Shown here: positions 15,803 to 24,248 of the stretch, piece by piece
Position numbering within the stretch: position 1 is the first letter of the stretch
Layout: every line of letters begins with the position of its first letter
NCBI GenBank assembly: GCA_964650645.1
Contig: CAZYUH010000001.1
Span: forward strand, 564,274 to 628,273
From: an uncultured Candidatus Saccharibacteria bacterium
Lineage (GTDB): Bacteria; Patescibacteriota; Minisyncoccia; Phycocordibacterales; SBAW01
Direction of reading: 5' to 3'
DNA length: 64,000 bases
Notes under the pieces: model-generated
Databases searched by the model: none
What the model saw: the letters and a program-made list of their open reading frames with translations, nothing else
Told to the model about the DNA's origin: nothing
Translations under genes and position numbers: made by a program

Positions 15803-17320
15803 ATGTCGTCCCGATTCGTCCTGCGCGTCCGCCTCCTGACGGCGGCCCTCCTCTTCATGAGCCTGGCCATCATCGCCAAGCTCTATTTCCTGCAAATCGT
15901 GCACGGGGACGAGTACGACCGCCGCGCCTCGGCCCAGCTCGTCTCGACGCGCAACCCGCTGCTTAACCGCGGGGCCATCTACTTTACCGACAAGGACGGC
16001 GCGCCGATACTCGCCGCGACCCTGCGCGAGGTCGAGGACTCGGGGGACCACCAACGCTACTACCCGGGCGGCTCGCTCGCCGCGCGCACGCTCGGCTTCG
16101 TCGCGTACAACAACGACGACGAGCAGAAGGGCCGCTACGGGCTGGAGCGCTACTACGAGCCGGTCTTGGGCCGCTCGGGCGACAACCTGTACCGCAACTT
16201 CTTCGTGGAGCTGTTCGGCGCCGCGCAAGGCGTTTTGGCGGGCACGAGCGAGCAGGGCGACCTCATCACCTCCATCGAGCCTTCCGTACAGGGCGAGCTG
16301 GAGCGCACCCTGCAGGAGTACGAGGGCACCTGGCACCCCACGCTCTCGGGCGGCATCGTCATGGACCCGCACACCGGCGCCATCGTCGCCATGGCGCTCT
16401 CGCCGACGTTCGACCTCAACGAGTTCAACGAGCAGGAGAACCCGGTCGTGTACGCCAACCCGATGGCGCAGAACGTCTACGAAATGGGCTCCATCATGAA
16501 GCCGCTCACCATGGCCGCCGGCATCGACTCGGGCGCGGTGAAGGAGGATACTACCTACGACGACACCGGCTGCATGACCGTCGACACCAAGAAGATATGC
16601 AACTACGACGGCAAGGCGCGCGGCGTCGTGCCCATGCAGGAGGTGCTCTCGCAGTCGCTTAACCTGGGCGCGAGCTTCGTCGCCACCAAGATGGGCCCGT
16701 CCGTGATGCGCGAGTATTTCCTCGACCACTACAAGTTCAACGAGGAGACGGGCATCGACCTGCCGGGCGAGGTGCGCGGGCTCACCGACAACCTCAACAG
16801 CAGGCAGGCGGTCGAGTTCGACACGGCATCCTTCGGGCAGGGCATCGCGGTGACGCCTGTTGAGATGGTGCGCGCGCTCGCGGTCCTGGCAAACGGCGGC
16901 AAGCTCGTGACGCCGCACCTGGCGAGCGCGATAAAGGAAGAGAGCGGGATCACCCGCGCGCTCGGGTGGGGCGAGCCCAAGCAGGTCCTCAAGCAGGAGA
17001 CCGCCACGGCCGTGACGCGCATGCTCACGAAGGTGGTGGACGGCCCGCTCGCCGACGGAAAGGTGAAGATGGAGCACTGGAGCATCGCCGCGAAGACCGG
17101 CACCGCCCAGATCGCAAACCCGGCGGGCGGCGGCTACTACGCCGACAAGTACCTGCACAGCTTCTTCGGGTACTTCCCGGCGTACGACGCGAAATTCCTC
17201 GTATTCCTCTTCGCGGTCGAGCCGCAGGGCGCGCCCTTCGCGAGCCAGACCTGGGCCCCGCCGTTCACCTCGCTGACCCGCTTCCTCATCAACTACTACA
17301 ACATCCCGCCGGACCGGTAG
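15803..17320 (+). CDS. ftsI: Penicillin-binding protein (FtsI/PBP3-type division transpeptidase)
   Basis: The SIMKP (SxxK), SQSLN (SxN) and KTGTAQ motifs are present, with an N-terminal TM and dcw context. Confidence 0.9.
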   Translation: MSSRFVLRVRLLTAALLFMSLAIIAKLYFLQIVHGDEYDRRASAQLVSTRNPLLNRGAIYFTDKDGAPILAATLREVEDSGDHQRYYPGGSLAARTLGFVAYNNDDEQKGRYGLERYYEPVLGRSGDNLYRNFFVELFGAAQGVLAGTSEQGDLITSIEPSVQGELERTLQEYEGTWHPTLSGGIVMDPHTGAIVAMALSPTFDLNEFNEQENPVVYANPMAQNVYEMGSIMKPLTMAAGIDSGAVKEDTTYDDTGCMTVDTKKICNYDGKARGVVPMQEVLSQSLNLGASFVATKMGPSVMREYFLDHYKFNEETGIDLPGEVRGLTDNLNSRQAVEFDTASFGQGIAVTPVEMVRALAVLANGGKLVTPHLASAIKEESGITRALGWGEPKQVLKQETATAVTRMLTKVVDGPLADGKVKMEHWSIAAKTGTAQIANPAGGGYYADKYLHSFFGYFPAYDAKFLVFLFAVEPQGAPFASQTWAPPFTSLTRFLINYYNIPPDR

Positions 17321-17385
17321 GGCGGCCGCGCCGCGAGGCTCCGGGTCTCCCGGAGCTTTTTAGATAAGGTAGAATAGGAGAAACG

Positions 17386-18690
17386 ATGAAGCGGTTTCTA
17401 AAAGGCATTGTGGTGCGCATTCTGCAGGCGGAAGCCAAGGCGGTATTGCGCAAGTACAGGCCGCGCGTCGTGGCCATTACCGGGAGCGTGGGCAAGACCT
17501 CGACCAAGGACGCGGTGTACGCCGTGCTTTCAAGGAAGTACCACGTGCGCAAGTCGGAGAAGAGCTTCAACAGCGAGCTGGGGGTGCCGCTGACGATACT
17601 GGGGCTCGGCAACGCGTGGGGCAACCCCCTGCGCTGGCTGCAGAACATCGTGGACGGGCTCTCTTTGATAGTCATGACGCATCCGTACCCGGAGTGGCTC
17701 GTGCTTGAGGTGGGCGCCGACAGGCCGGGCGACATACGCTCGCTGGCGTCGTGGATAAAGGTGGACGTCGCCATAATCACGCGGCTTCCGGAGGTGCCGG
17801 TGCACGTGGAGTTCTTCGACTCGGTGGAGGCGGTCATTGAGGAGAAGGCCTCTCTTATGGACGCGGTGCGGCCGGGCGGCTCGATACTTTTGTACGCCGA
17901 CGACGAGCGCACCCGCAAGCTGGAACAGCGGCTCCCCGCGCCCGACGCGCGCCTGCTCTTTTTCGGCTTCAGCAACGGGGCGGACGTATGGGTGCACAAG
18001 TTCGAGGTGGTGCGCCAGGAGGGCGGCTATAACTGGCCCATAGGCATGCGCGCCACCGTGACGGTCGGGGAAGAGTCGGCGCCCGTGCAGATTATCGGCT
18101 CGCTCGGCAGGCACGCCTTCGCGCCCGCCGCCGCGGCCGCGGCGGCGGGCCACGCGCTGGGCGTGGGCCTGCAGGACATCGTAGCGGGGCTCGAAGCTTA
18201 CGAGCCGCCGCCTGGGCGCGTGCGCCTGCTTCCGGGCATCAAGGACTCTTTAGTGATAGACGACACGTACAACTCCTCGCCGGCGGCAACGGAGGCGGCG
18301 CTCCACGCGCTCGCGCTCACGAAGCCCGTGCGCGCCATAGCGGCCCTGGCCGACATGATGGAATTGGGGCGCGTGTCCGTGGAGGAGCACCGCAAGGCGG
18401 GCGCCGTGGCCGCAAAAACGTGCGATGCGCTCGTGACGGTCGGCGTGCGGGCGCGCGATATTGCCATGGGCGCACTGGACAACGGCATGCCCGATGCGAA
18501 TATTTTGCAGTTCGAGGATGCGGGCAAGGCGGCCGAGGAGCTCAAGAACCTTATACGGGAAGGCGACGCTATTTTGGTAAAAGGCAGCCAGAGCATGCGC
18601 ATGGAGCGCATCGTGGAGGAGATCATGCTCGAGCCCGAGCGGGCAGGGGACCTTTTGGTGCGCCAGGACAGGGAGTGGAAAAAACGGTAA
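17386..18690 (+). CDS. murF: UDP-N-acetylmuramoyl-tripeptide--D-alanyl-D-alanine ligase MurF
   Basis: A P-loop AITGSVGKTSTK is present in the Mur ligase middle domain. An RBS aggaga lies upstream. Confidence 0.9.
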   Translation: MKRFLKGIVVRILQAEAKAVLRKYRPRVVAITGSVGKTSTKDAVYAVLSRKYHVRKSEKSFNSELGVPLTILGLGNAWGNPLRWLQNIVDGLSLIVMTHPYPEWLVLEVGADRPGDIRSLASWIKVDVAIITRLPEVPVHVEFFDSVEAVIEEKASLMDAVRPGGSILLYADDERTRKLEQRLPAPDARLLFFGFSNGADVWVHKFEVVRQEGGYNWPIGMRATVTVGEESAPVQIIGSLGRHAFAPAAAAAAAGHALGVGLQDIVAGLEAYEPPPGRVRLLPGIKDSLVIDDTYNSSPAATEAALHALALTKPVRAIAALADMMELGRVSVEEHRKAGAVAAKTCDALVTVGVRARDIAMGALDNGMPDANILQFEDAGKAAEELKNLIREGDAILVKGSQSMRMERIVEEIMLEPERAGDLLVRQDREWKKR

Positions 18691-18707
18691 TTGATTACCG
18701 TTTTTTC
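18680..18707 (+). terminator. Intrinsic terminator overlapping the murF stop
   Basis: The sequence is aaaaaacggtaa-ttga-ttaccgtttttt. Confidence 0.7.
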
Positions 18708-18855
18708 CGGTCCCGGGCCATGCCCGGGAATTGCCGTTGTTCGCTCGCGAACAGGCAATAGGCGGAACGAAAAGGTGATTGACTGCCTTCGCCGTTTTTA
18801 TTGACAAAAGCGTTGCCTTGTACAAATATGCGTTCAGGATCCACGTACAACAGAG

Positions 18856-19155
18856 GTGCAGATGACCGGAGAGAACAGGGAGCGTTTCCATGATTCCTTG
18901 CGGGCGGAGACCGGAGCGAGGTCGGATCTCGCGAAGCAAAAGCGGAAGCTGAAATCCCTCGCGTTGCATAGGCGCAGCGTGAAAAAGGAGCTGCCAAAGC
19001 TCATTGAAAGCGGCAGGAAATTCATCGGCCAGCCGGTCATTGCGGGAGGGAAAAGGGGGTATGGCATCAGGGTCGATCCCTCGACCGGCGCTATCATTGT
19101 CAGGTTCCCATTGACTGAAAAGAAGTTCAGCCAGGAGGAGGTGGAGCTGGCCTAG
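18856..19155 (+). CDS. Hypothetical protein (99 aa)
   Basis: A TTGACA-N17-AAATAT promoter-like sequence lies ~60 nt upstream and a strong terminator follows the stop. The region is lower-GC. Confidence 0.5.
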   Translation: MQMTGENRERFHDSLRAETGARSDLAKQKRKLKSLALHRRSVKKELPKLIESGRKFIGQPVIAGGKRGYGIRVDPSTGAIIVRFPLTEKKFSQEEVELA

Positions 19156-19178
19156 GTCCCCGGCGAAGTAACGCTCTT

Positions 19179-19218
19179 TTGGCCGGCGTACGCACCGTAC
19201 GCCGGCCTTTTAATTTTC
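19179..19218 (+). terminator. Intrinsic terminator after 18856..19155
   Basis: The sequence is ggccggcgtacg-cacc-gtacgccggcc followed by ttttaatttt. Confidence 0.8.
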
Positions 19219-19282
19219 CCGCTTTTGTCGTACATTGTCTGGGACGGCCCGCGATTAATTATCCGGGCGGAAGCGCGAACAT

Positions 19283-19354
19283 GGCCCTATCGTCTAATGG
19301 TTAGGACAGATCCCTCTCACGGATCAAATCGGGGTTCGAATCCCCGTAGGGTCA
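19283..19354 (+). tRNA. tRNA-Glu (anticodon CUC)
   Basis: The structure is a manual cloverleaf. The acceptor GGCCCTA/TAGGGTC has 7 bp, the anticodon stem GATCC/GGATC carries loop CT-CTC-AC, and the T-arm is CGGGG-TTCGAAT-CCCCG. CCA is not encoded. Confidence 0.85.
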
Positions 19355-19362
19355 CAAAGGCT

Positions 19363-19690
19363 GAAAATCCTGCACTGCTGCAGGATTTTCTGCGCTTTGT
19401 GACGGCCGGAGGCATGTTTTGCGAGCACGCAAAACGGCCGAGGCGGGGCCGGCGACCAAAACTTTGCGACGGCAAAGTTTTGAGTTGTGGGCCAGGCTGA
19501 CGGAAGGCAGATTCGAAAGGCGCAGGCCCGGCGGGGTCGAGCCGGGGTCGCGAGCGAATTCTGCGACGGCAGAATTCGACTTGTGACCACCTGTGACGGC
19601 CGCAGCGTTGTCCTGCACTGGCAGGGCTGCGAGGCGGGGTCGCGAAAAGTTTTTGCGACGGCGCAAGTTGGACGCCTGACCGAATCTCGT
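19363..19690. repeat. Array of about 5 imperfect palindromic hairpin repeats (core TTTGCGACGGC / GTTTTGC...GCAAAAC) immediately downstream of tRNA-Glu
   Basis: Palindromes occur at aaaatcctgcaCTGctgcaggatttt, gttttgcgAGCACgcaaaac, caaaactttgcgacggcaaagttttg, cgaattctgcgacggcagaattcg and aaagtttttgcgacggcgcaagtt. Each is followed by a ..TTGTGaCC-like tail. Confidence 0.6.
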
Positions 19691-19734
19691 GCATGAAAAA
19701 CCCCGCGCGTGAGCGCGGGGTGCTGGTGGGGACG

Positions 19735-19896
19735 CTATTTTTCTTGGTGCTCGCCCGTCATGCGCTTGGCGAGGCCGACAGTCGGGGTTGCGATGTACGC
19801 GACGCGCGACCGCTTCCGGCCCGGCTGGGAGCGCTTGCAATCCTGCAGGCGGGCATCCTCTTCGCGCTCGATGAGCGCGCGCTTCAGTTGTCCCAT
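19735..19896 (-). CDS. Hypothetical small basic protein (53 aa)
   Basis: An RBS aggagg lies 8 nt upstream of the ATG, and an intrinsic terminator (ccccgcgctcacgcgcgggg plus ttttt) sits right after the TAG. It falls below the 60-aa ORF track threshold. Confidence 0.3.
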   Translation of the reverse strand: MGQLKRALIEREEDARLQDCKRSQPGRKRSRVAYIATPTVGLAKRMTGEHQEK

Positions 19897-20041
19897 TGCT
19901 CGGTTCCTCCTGAACGGGAAAGGCGAGGGCGACGCGATACCAACAAACCCTCTAGCTCTAATTATACTCTAAAATAGGCTAAAGGTCAAGTTGTTCGTGG
20001 CGCGAAAGCGGCGCGTGTTAGGCGAACCCGCAGCCTCACTG

Positions 20042-20494
20042 CTAGTTGAACATCGCGTCAACCACCTCTTTTACGATAGTGCCGTCGGCTTTGCCCTTGA
20101 GGTCCTTCATGAGCGCGCCCATGAGCATGTTGGCCTTGGTCTTGTCGGTAACCCCCGTTTCGGCGGCTTTGGCGGCCGCGGCGGCGGCTATCTCGTCGCG
20201 CGACATCTGGGCGGGGAGCATGGTTTCGAGGACCGCCAGCTCGGCCTTCTCGCCTTCGGCCAATTCCGGGCGGCCGCCGTCGGTAAACTGCTGTATGGAG
20301 TCCTTGCGCTGCTTTGCGGCGCGCATGACCACCGTGAGCACCTCGTCCTCATTGAGCTGGCCATCGGGGCCGTAGCCCTTGGCCACCGCCTCGTTGGTCA
20401 TGGCGCTCATGAGCCCGCGCACGACGCCCAGCTTGACGCTGTCCTTGGCGCGCATCGCGTCCTTCATCATCTCCTTGAGGTCTGCTTGGGTCAT
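20042..20494 (-). CDS. GatB/YqeY domain-containing protein
   Basis: The protein spans MTQADLKEMMKDAMRAKD...GKADGTIVKEVV, a typical stand-alone GatB C-terminal/YqeY domain. Confidence 0.8.
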   Translation of the reverse strand: MTQADLKEMMKDAMRAKDSVKLGVVRGLMSAMTNEAVAKGYGPDGQLNEDEVLTVVMRAAKQRKDSIQQFTDGGRPELAEGEKAELAVLETMLPAQMSRDEIAAAAAAKAAETGVTDKTKANMLMGALMKDLKGKADGTIVKEVVDAMFN

Positions 20495-20578
20495 ATCTAT
20501 TTCTTAAAATGCTATGGCCACAGTATAGCAGGCGTGGTATCTTGCGGCCAGACGCACACGCACGCCAAGGAGGAGGTC

Positions 20579-20968
20579 ATGGTATTAGCGGCTGCCCGGG
20601 AGTTGCCGGAGTTTAACGCCGGCGACCAGGCGTACCTGGTCATAACGCCCGCCACTCCCTCGATATTTACGCGCTCCTACCGGCCCAGGCCGTATTACAT
20701 ACTGGAGACAAGGGTCACGGAGGCGCGGGGCGGAGGGGCCGAGGGAAAGCGGTATCGCTTCGATACGGAGTTCTACGCCAGGCCGGGGCACGTCTTCGCG
20801 TGCCTGGACGAGGCCAAGCGGCGGCTCCGGGAACTGTTCGCCATAGAGACGGACGGCGTGCTTCCCGCCGAAAACATCCGCCTGGTATCGAGCGGGGAGC
20901 AGAAGGCGGGCGAGAAGGCCGTGCATGCGGCGCCTATCGCCACGCCTCCGGCGTATGCCGCTCTTTAG
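20579..20968 (+). CDS. Hypothetical protein (129 aa)
   Basis: An RBS aaggaggagg lies directly upstream of the ATG at 20579. Only this 3' part of the long GC-shadow ORF 19991..20968 looks coding. Confidence 0.5.
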   Translation: MVLAAARELPEFNAGDQAYLVITPATPSIFTRSYRPRPYYILETRVTEARGGGAEGKRYRFDTEFYARPGHVFACLDEAKRRLRELFAIETDGVLPAENIRLVSSGEQKAGEKAVHAAPIATPPAYAAL

Positions 20969-21066
20969 AATCCGATATGCTGCCCGCCGCGCCCTGCGCG
21001 GCGGGCCTTTCTTTTGCCCTTCGCGATTTGTGTACCGCATTTTTACAGACCAAGTAGAATGGGGGA

Positions 21067-22158
21067 ATGGACCTGCTTACCGTACTCGTTGCCGTGCTCA
21101 TACTGCTCGCTTTGGGCATCATTGCCATGCTCTGGCGCATGCAGAAGGGGGCTACCGCCGCGCCGCAGGATTCGCAGAGCATGGTGCTTTTGCAGAACCA
21201 GCTCGCGGAGCTGACGCGCGCCATGGACAGCAAGCTTGGCGAGGGCACCAAGGCCATGAGCGAGTTCATGACGGCCCAGACGGACCAGGGCCGCGCGCTC
21301 ATGGCCACCATTACCAAGCAGGTGGGCGACCAGCTCATAGAGGTCGTCAAGGGCGTTTCGGAAACCCGCGAGAGCACCAAGCAGATATTCACGATTGCCG
21401 AGCAATTGGGCAACCTTGAGCAGGTCTTAAAGAACCAGAAGCAGCGCGGCAACCTGGGCGAGGCGAGCCTCGAGCTCGTCATGAGCAACATTTTGCCGCC
21501 CGGCGCCTACCAGATGCAGTACGAATTCCCGGGCGGGGAGACGGTGGACGCCATCATACGCACCAAGGAGGGGATTATCCCCGTCGACGCCAAGTTCCCG
21601 CTCGAGAACTACTCGCGCCTGCGCGACGAGAAGGACGACCTGCGCCGCCAGGAATACGAGGACGCGTTCAAGAAGGACCTCAAGAAGCGCATCGACGAGA
21701 CGAGCAAGTACGTGCGTCCCAAGGACGGCACCCTGCCGTTCGCGTTCATGTACATCCCGGCCGAGGGCATTTATTACGACCTCCTGAACGACGGGGTGGG
21801 GGCGGTCAACACGCGCAGCCTCCTTGAGTACGCCCAGAACGACCGCAAGGTGATTATCGTGAGCCCTACGACGTTCGCCGCGTACCTGCAGTCGGTTTTG
21901 TACGGCTTCAAGGCCTTCAAGATAGAGGAGCAGGCCAAGGATATCGCCAAAAACGTGGAGGCGCTCAGCCGGCACCTGACCGCCTACGAGGATTACTACA
22001 AGCGGCTGGGCGCGTCCCTTTCGACCACGGTCAACCACTACAACGCGGGCTACAAGGAGCTGGGTAAGATCGACAAGGACGTGCTGAAAATCACGGGCGA
22101 CGCGGCCGGCATCGAGGTGGCGGCCATAGAGAAGCCGCTCCTGGAGGGCAAGGAGTAG
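21067..22158 (+). CDS. rmuC: DNA recombination protein RmuC
   Basis: An N-terminal TM is followed by a long coiled coil and the conserved RmuC C-terminal region (...SPTTFAAYLQSV...). Confidence 0.8.
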   Translation: MDLLTVLVAVLILLALGIIAMLWRMQKGATAAPQDSQSMVLLQNQLAELTRAMDSKLGEGTKAMSEFMTAQTDQGRALMATITKQVGDQLIEVVKGVSETRESTKQIFTIAEQLGNLEQVLKNQKQRGNLGEASLELVMSNILPPGAYQMQYEFPGGETVDAIIRTKEGIIPVDAKFPLENYSRLRDEKDDLRRQEYEDAFKKDLKKRIDETSKYVRPKDGTLPFAFMYIPAEGIYYDLLNDGVGAVNTRSLLEYAQNDRKVIIVSPTTFAAYLQSVLYGFKAFKIEEQAKDIAKNVEALSRHLTAYEDYYKRLGASLSTTVNHYNAGYKELGKIDKDVLKITGDAAGIEVAAIEKPLLEGKE

Positions 22159-22230
22159 GGAGGGGCGGGGTTGGGAATAGGAAAAGGCCGCGTAGTGATA
22201 CGCGGCCTCATCGCACGCACTTCCTTTTTG

Positions 22231-22323
22231 TCAGAAGTGCAAAAACAGCATCACTGCTGGGATAACAACCATTGCGCCTACGCCGGTCCAAAAACCTGCA
22301 CGGAGGCCTTCTTGCCATACCAT
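22231..22323 (-). CDS. Putative 30-aa hydrophobic micro-protein
   Basis: An RBS gggagg lies 7 nt upstream. The protein is MVWQEGLRAGFWTGVGAMVVIPAVMLFLHF, and a terminator hairpin (aggccgcgta-tcac-tacgcggcct plus tttcc) follows the stop. Confidence 0.2.
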   Translation of the reverse strand: MVWQEGLRAGFWTGVGAMVVIPAVMLFLHF

Positions 22324-22498
22324 GTAAACCTCCCTAGTGTGCCCTCACACCCGCCGTACACTATATAGCATGCATGCTGAAACGCAAGGGAAGTTGTCAA
22401 TAGCTGATGGCGCCCGTTTTGGCGCAAAGGCCGGGCTATTCTTGCGCGAAAATGGCTTTTAAGGTAGTATTCCAGACGAGCCCAGGGCTCATTTTTGC

Positions 22499-22924
22499 AT
22501 GGCACCAGCGACTAAGAAAGCATCCAAAACGACCAAAGCCGCCCCCAAGGCGGCAAAGAAGGAGGCCCCGGCGGCCTCCGGCGAGTTCGCCGTCATCCAG
22601 ACCGGCGGCAAGCAGTACCTCGTTACCGAGGGACAGACCCTTAAGGTGGAGAAGATAAAGGGTGCGCTTGGCCGCGACGGCTATGCCGAGCTCAAGGTGG
22701 GCGACAAGGTCACCTTCGGCGAGGTCCTCCTTTCCGATAACGGCAAGGACGCCACGACCGTCGGCGCGCCCTTCATTTCGGGCGCCAAGGTGGAGGCCGA
22801 GATTACGCGCATCGGCCGCGCCCCCAAGGTGACCGTCATCAAGTACAAGGCCAAGTCCAACTATTTCAAGAAGCGCGGCCATCGCCAGCCCTTCTTCGAG
22901 GTGAAGATCACCAAGCTCGCGTAA
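22499..22924 (+). CDS. rplU: 50S ribosomal protein L21 with an N-terminal Lys/Ala-rich extension
   Basis: The L21 core is FAVIQTGGKQYLV...KVTVIKYKAKSNYFKKRGHRQPFFEVKI. A candidate promoter TTGCGC-N17-TAGTAT lies at 22444..22472. Confidence 0.9.
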   Translation: MAPATKKASKTTKAAPKAAKKEAPAASGEFAVIQTGGKQYLVTEGQTLKVEKIKGALGRDGYAELKVGDKVTFGEVLLSDNGKDATTVGAPFISGAKVEAEITRIGRAPKVTVIKYKAKSNYFKKRGHRQPFFEVKITKLA

Positions 22925-22926
22925 GG

Positions 22927-22960
22927 AAAACCCCGGCCTGTGCCGGGGTTTTATATTTTG
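22927..22960. terminator. Bidirectional intrinsic terminator between rplU and the convergent gene 22962..23456
   Basis: The sequence is aaaa-ccccggcctgtgccgggg-ttttatatttt. Confidence 0.8.
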
Positions 22961-22961
22961 C

Positions 22962-23456
22962 CTAGCCAAGAAGCCGGACCAGCATATGCTTGGGATGCCT
23001 GCATTCGCCGAATGCATGAAAGCGGATCCTCCTCGTTATCAGCGGCCCAGGCTCGAGCCTGATGGCTTGCCTGCCGATGCTCAGCTCCCAGCCGCCTTTT
23101 GCTTCGAGGTCCGATAAGAGTTCGGTTCCCTCGCTTGCCAGCGTTCCGCCGGCGTAGTAATTTATCCGGCTGCCGTAATGGTAAACCTTAATGGTGGCCC
23201 ATGACCATTTTTCCCCTACAGTCGCGATTTCCCATCGTTCAGGCTCGCGCGGGCTATCGCTGTAAAGCTTGTACGGCTTGCAGCCGGCCCTCCTCATCTT
23301 CATGGCAGCGGCCCGGTCGATAATCCTCCCGGTACCGGCAGACCAGCCGTACTGCCAGTCGAGATTGACCAGCAGCCCTCCATCGAGCGGTACCGAGTAG
23401 TGGCCTGCCACGCACAGTGAGACAGGGAAGCATTTCCTGGAAATAACCCGCATCAT
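22962..23456 (-). CDS. Hypothetical protein (164 aa)
   Basis: It has coding-like composition and convergent terminator sharing with rplU. No family was recognised. Confidence 0.45.
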   Translation of the reverse strand: MMRVISRKCFPVSLCVAGHYSVPLDGGLLVNLDWQYGWSAGTGRIIDRAAAMKMRRAGCKPYKLYSDSPREPERWEIATVGEKWSWATIKVYHYGSRINYYAGGTLASEGTELLSDLEAKGGWELSIGRQAIRLEPGPLITRRIRFHAFGECRHPKHMLVRLLG

Positions 23457-23498
23457 CCGGCTCCGTTGCTGAATGCGTCTGGCCGTACTCTACAAAAA

Positions 23499-24116
23499 TT
23501 AGTGCCTGTTGCCCAGCGCCTGGGCGATGGTGTCGGGGTCGGCGTACTCTAGCTCGGAGCCGGTGGAGAGGCCGCGGCCCAGGGAGGAGATGCGGAAGTT
23601 GAGGCCCTCGGAAAGGGGGCGGAGCTTCTCTACCAGGATCTCGCGGGTGTGGTCGCCCTCGGTCGTGGCCGAGAGGCCCAGGATGAGCTCGCCCAGCCTG
23701 AGCGCCGAGGCGTCCTCTTCGACGCGCTTGAAGAGCTCGCGCATGCGCACGAACTTCTCGGGCTCCTCGGTCGCCAAGGCGATGGTGCCGCCCAGCACGA
23801 AGTAGAGGCCGCGGAAGCCCGAGCGCTCGACGTTCTCGATGTCGGCGTCCTTCTCGACCACGAACAGTATCGAGGTTTCGCGCGCCGGGTCGGCGCAGAT
23901 GGGGCAGAGCCCCCGGTCAGCGCCGCCAAGCGTGTACCAGCGGTGGCAATGGGCGCACTGGCGGCTTTCGGCGCCCAGGCGCTTTATATAGTCGGCGAGC
24001 TCGGAGCGCGCGGCGGGGCTGGCGCTTAAGAGGTGCTGGACGAAGCGCCGCGACTGGCGCGGTCCGATGCCGGGGAATTTCTCGAAAAGCGCGGCGAGGC
24101 GGTGTATTGAATCCAT
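23499..24116 (-). CDS. recR: Recombination protein RecR
   Basis: It has the HhH motif FPGIGPRQSRR, a C4 zinc finger CAHCHRW...CPIC and a Toprim domain. The start was chosen at MDSIHRL; the ORF extends in frame to 24143. Confidence 0.9.
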   Translation of the reverse strand: MDSIHRLAALFEKFPGIGPRQSRRFVQHLLSASPAARSELADYIKRLGAESRQCAHCHRWYTLGGADRGLCPICADPARETSILFVVEKDADIENVERSGFRGLYFVLGGTIALATEEPEKFVRMRELFKRVEEDASALRLGELILGLSATTEGDHTREILVEKLRPLSEGLNFRISSLGRGLSTGSELEYADPDTIAQALGNRH

Positions 24117-24248
24117 GGTGCGAGGCTTGCTTGGGAGGCGCATAGCGGGGTTCGCCTCGCGCGCGTAATTTCCTGCTGGAAATTCGCTACGCTCGTCCCG
24201 TCGGACTGCGCGATGCTCGTCTCGCCCCGCTATGCGCCTCCTATTCTA

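Noticed and set aside
15779-17158. 459-aa minus-strand ORF
   Set aside because: It is antisense to ftsI.
19363-19690. Possible CRISPR array after tRNA-Glu
   Set aside because: The repeats are imperfect palindromes of unequal length without uniform spacers. No cas genes are present, so this is REP/MITE-like rather than CRISPR.
19991-20968. 325-aa plus-strand ORF
   Set aside because: The first ~195 codons are antisense to the GatB/YqeY gene. Only the part from the RBS-preceded ATG at 20579 is kept.
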